Positions 61,111 to 64,000 of a stretch of DNA of 64,000 nucleotides are shown here, one piece after another. This DNA comes from Chrysomallon squamiferum (taxonomy: Eukaryota; Animalia; Mollusca). The number at the start of each line of letters is the position of its first letter. Position 1 is the first letter of the stretch. The notes beneath the pieces are model-generated. The model was not told the origin of the DNA and did no database searches. It worked only from the letters and a program-made list of their open reading frames with translations. The stretch is from positions 868,001 through 932,000 of the forward strand of contig CM022672.1 of NCBI GenBank assembly GCA_012295275.1. The letters are read 5' to 3'. The position numbers and the translations under genes are program-made.

Positions 61111-63274
61111 GTCAGGTTGTTTACTTGTACATTTTATTGTCATTTTTATGCTAATATTACGTGACGGATTCATTGATGTTGTTTGAAATAAATAAAACAG
61201 ATGAGATTATTTTTAGTTTTCTTTATTTGATCAGATTTCAACATCCGTACATGACTCTGCATACAGCAGTCGTCAACAGATACCTCTAAGAACATGAAGC
61301 TATTGTTACTATAGCTATTACTATTATTATTGTTATTATTATTATTATTGTTGTTGTTGTTGTTGTTGTTGTTGTTTGTTGTTGTTTTTGCTAGTGTTGG
61401 TTTTAATAATAATAATAAATGTATGATTTAATTAACACAGTACAAAAAAAGTTACTGTATATGTGTCAGTACTGTCAAATTTACAATAAAAAACATAACA
61501 TAATAACAATAATTTGAAGAAATAAAAAAGAGAAAGTAAAAAGAAATATAGAAATAAGGAAACAGAAATAAATTCATGAAGAAAAATATTAATAAATAAA
61601 GGAATAAACAAATATATATTTGGAAAAGTGTACTAACTACTCATATTAGACTTTAATGATCATGTCAATGTTTTGATATATCACATCAAAGTAGAGTTTT
61701 ATTCCATCAGCTGTCTTTAATCAGAAATCACAAAGGTACCTAGTTTTTCACATCAATAATAAACTATCGCATTCTTACATCTTATAAACTGACAGAACAT
61801 TTCAATTTTAATATTTTAATTTAATTCTTTTTATTATTATTTTTAAACATTTTATAAGTGATAATACGCTTCTAAATTTGAAAAAAAAAAATGTTTTCTC
61901 AATAAATAAACATTAACACACACACACACATAAACAAATATTTTAATACACAGGTTCATACGTACTTTTCTACATACATATACAAAAATTCACGTTTTCA
62001 AATGGAATTGAGGAACGGCAAGGCAAATATTGGCTCCTGTTGTGAAATGGAAAGTAACTGGAAGGAAATCTGCTAAGACTGAGACATAAAGTCTTCCTGC
62101 GGATTACTGATATTGAATCGGTGTTTGGAGACGGAGTAACAGTCGGTTTGCTTCTCAGCACGTTTAGACTACTCTTCAAAGTGGTAGAGATCAGTAAAAG
62201 ATGGAAATGTATTTCATAAGGTTCTGCTGACCGTTGACGTAGCCAGATCACAGCCCAGCTTAACATCTGCGTGACACTCTTACATGACGTAACAGTCGTC
62301 AGAGGAAACAACCAATTAGAGAGCTTGAATCTGTTTTTCATCAGGAATGGGCGTTGGCCCCAAAACAAACAATTCATAGATCAATTCGTAGCAGTTTGTA
62401 AGCAGTGATCAATGCACACGGATCTTCACACGTCACTAAGTGTCTTTGGTAGTTTTTGGACATCGTGACGGTGCTAGCTACATTTCTGAAACACTGTTTT
62501 TCTTTGTTTGTTTGTTGTTGTTGTTGTTGTTGTTGTTTTTTGTTGTTCTTTTAGATTTTATTGTTCCACCTTGTTTTGTGCTGACGGTCATTGTTTTTCA
62601 GCCTTCTTTTTTCTGCAGACAGAAATTGTTTTTGAATATCCACGTGACAACCGTATATATGACTTGTTATCTACTGAGGATTTCTAATAAAGATCTCTAT
62701 TCGATTTTTTTGTTCTTTTGTATAAATCTTTTATGGTTATACTAACATCACATTTCAAATTTGAATAACATTGCATGCAGACAGACACATACGCATACAC
62801 CATTATAAACAATATTTTGTACGAAGATGTAACTCGTTGATTCTGCTTTGCGACTTCCAATTTCTTTTTCTTAAACATAAATATATATATATATATATAT
62901 TCTTAATATGAAAATATTTTAGGTTATTGTCTCTCATTTGATTATCGACTCCTGTAATTAGTTACAAGCTGATTGATTTTCTGTCATTGTAAATGTTATA
63001 AACACACTGCAATCGTTTCTGATTGGAAGATGTGCTCTGTACTTTACGCAAGAGAGTGGAGTTTAAAGCAGCCTCTAATAGAAATTAAAACTGTTTGGTA
63101 TTCAGAGAATCTGTTTATTTGAATTTAGAAATATCTTAAAAGTATTTGTCAGTTACAATTGTTAAAAAGTAATAAATAAATAATAAAATAAAATTTGTAT
63201 GTCAAAGCTGTCAAAATAATAAAGAACAATTCGTTTGGAAGCATCCTGCGATATACTCATGTAAAACAGCAGAC

Positions 63275-64000
63275 ATGTCTAACAACAGTTCGCAGATAAA
63301 CAGTGGCGAGTTACTTAACACAAGCTCTATTCAGATTATCTTGGTTCTCCAAGCGATCGCTGTTCCAGTTATTGTGTGTGGAAATGTTCTCATCATTGTG
63401 GCAGTCCTCCGTTACAAAAACATGAGATACGCCAGCAACATTATGATAATGTCGCTCGCCTTCGCAGACATGTTGATGGGTGGCGTGTATCTACCACTGA
63501 AGATTTTGCTCACGGTTCGAAACGATCTTTTCTCTGAAAGGACTTCGTGTCTCGCTAATGCTTTCTTGACTTTGTTTTCTGTGGGTTGTGCCATGAATTT
63601 TCTGTCACTGATTTCCATTGAAAGATTCTACGCCGTTCAGTTCCCATTTCACTACCATTCCCACATGACAGTTACTCGCAGTTTGATTTACAGTGGACTG
63701 ACTTTCACCATCACCTTATCAATGGCATTGCCAAGTCTGTTTGGCATCGACACTTGGAGTCCTGGAATATTCTGCTTCACCGTTAAAATCATGCCACTTA
63801 ATTACATCTGGGGTGCTGCGGCAATCATTTTCCTGTGGTCGCTTGCTGGATTTTTCGCCTTCTTGCGGGTCATGGTGGCGGAGATCAGTGTGAGAATTCG
63901 CGACCAGTCCAGAAACATGACGGAGACGAGGAAACAGGACTCAGTGAAATCTACTTTGATGTTGACTGTTTATGTTTTCTCCATCATATGTTGGCTTCCT
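63275..64000 (+). CDS. Second intronless class A GPCR, tandem paralogue; runs off the window
   Basis: Open frame from ATG 63275 (MSNNSSQINSGELLNT...) to CWLP at the window end, 242 codons, 34 amino-acid differences from 58060-58785. Missing from the ORF track because its stop is outside the window. Confidence 0.94.
   Translation, partial: MSNNSSQINSGELLNTSSIQIILVLQAIAVPVIVCGNVLIIVAVLRYKNMRYASNIMIMSLAFADMLMGGVYLPLKILLTVRNDLFSERTSCLANAFLTLFSVGCAMNFLSLISIERFYAVQFPFHYHSHMTVTRSLIYSGLTFTITLSMALPSLFGIDTWSPGIFCFTVKIMPLNYIWGAAAIIFLWSLAGFFAFLRVMVAEISVRIRDQSRNMTETRKQDSVKSTLMLTVYVFSIICWLP

Overview
AT-rich, microsatellite-dense animal genomic DNA with GT-AG introns, most likely a mollusc (inferred from gene content). 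Manual splicing of exons gives: (1) the last 9 coding exons of a prominin gene (copy A, +, 281-3999); (2) a near-complete tandem paralogue (copy B, +, 25 exons, ~9457-26304) with an unresolved 5' end and an apparent frameshift near 19900; (3) a 7-exon minus-strand type I membrane protein with C-type lectin (EPN), PAN/apple-like, Thr-rich mucin stalk, a Cys/basic juxtamembrane module, TM and a Pro-rich repeat tail (28047-35283, 846 aa); (4) an intron-containing pseudogene of a PhnZ-like HD-domain organophosphonate dioxygenase (37316-38308); (5) an intact 18-exon M28B/NAALADase-like peptidase (40659-54369, 761 aa) with an altered substrate pocket; (6) two tandem intronless class A GPCRs (58060-59007; 63275->64000) whose differences cluster in the ligand-pocket segments. 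There are also pogo/Tigger-type DNA transposon remnants and seven minisatellite arrays. The window start (1-5550) duplicates 22369-28325, and the junction between the two prominin units carries two fragments of the downstream peptidase gene, one of them inverted and abutting the first prominin-B exon. No CRISPR array, RNA gene or prokaryotic system is supported. All alignments and counts were done by eye, without database searches.
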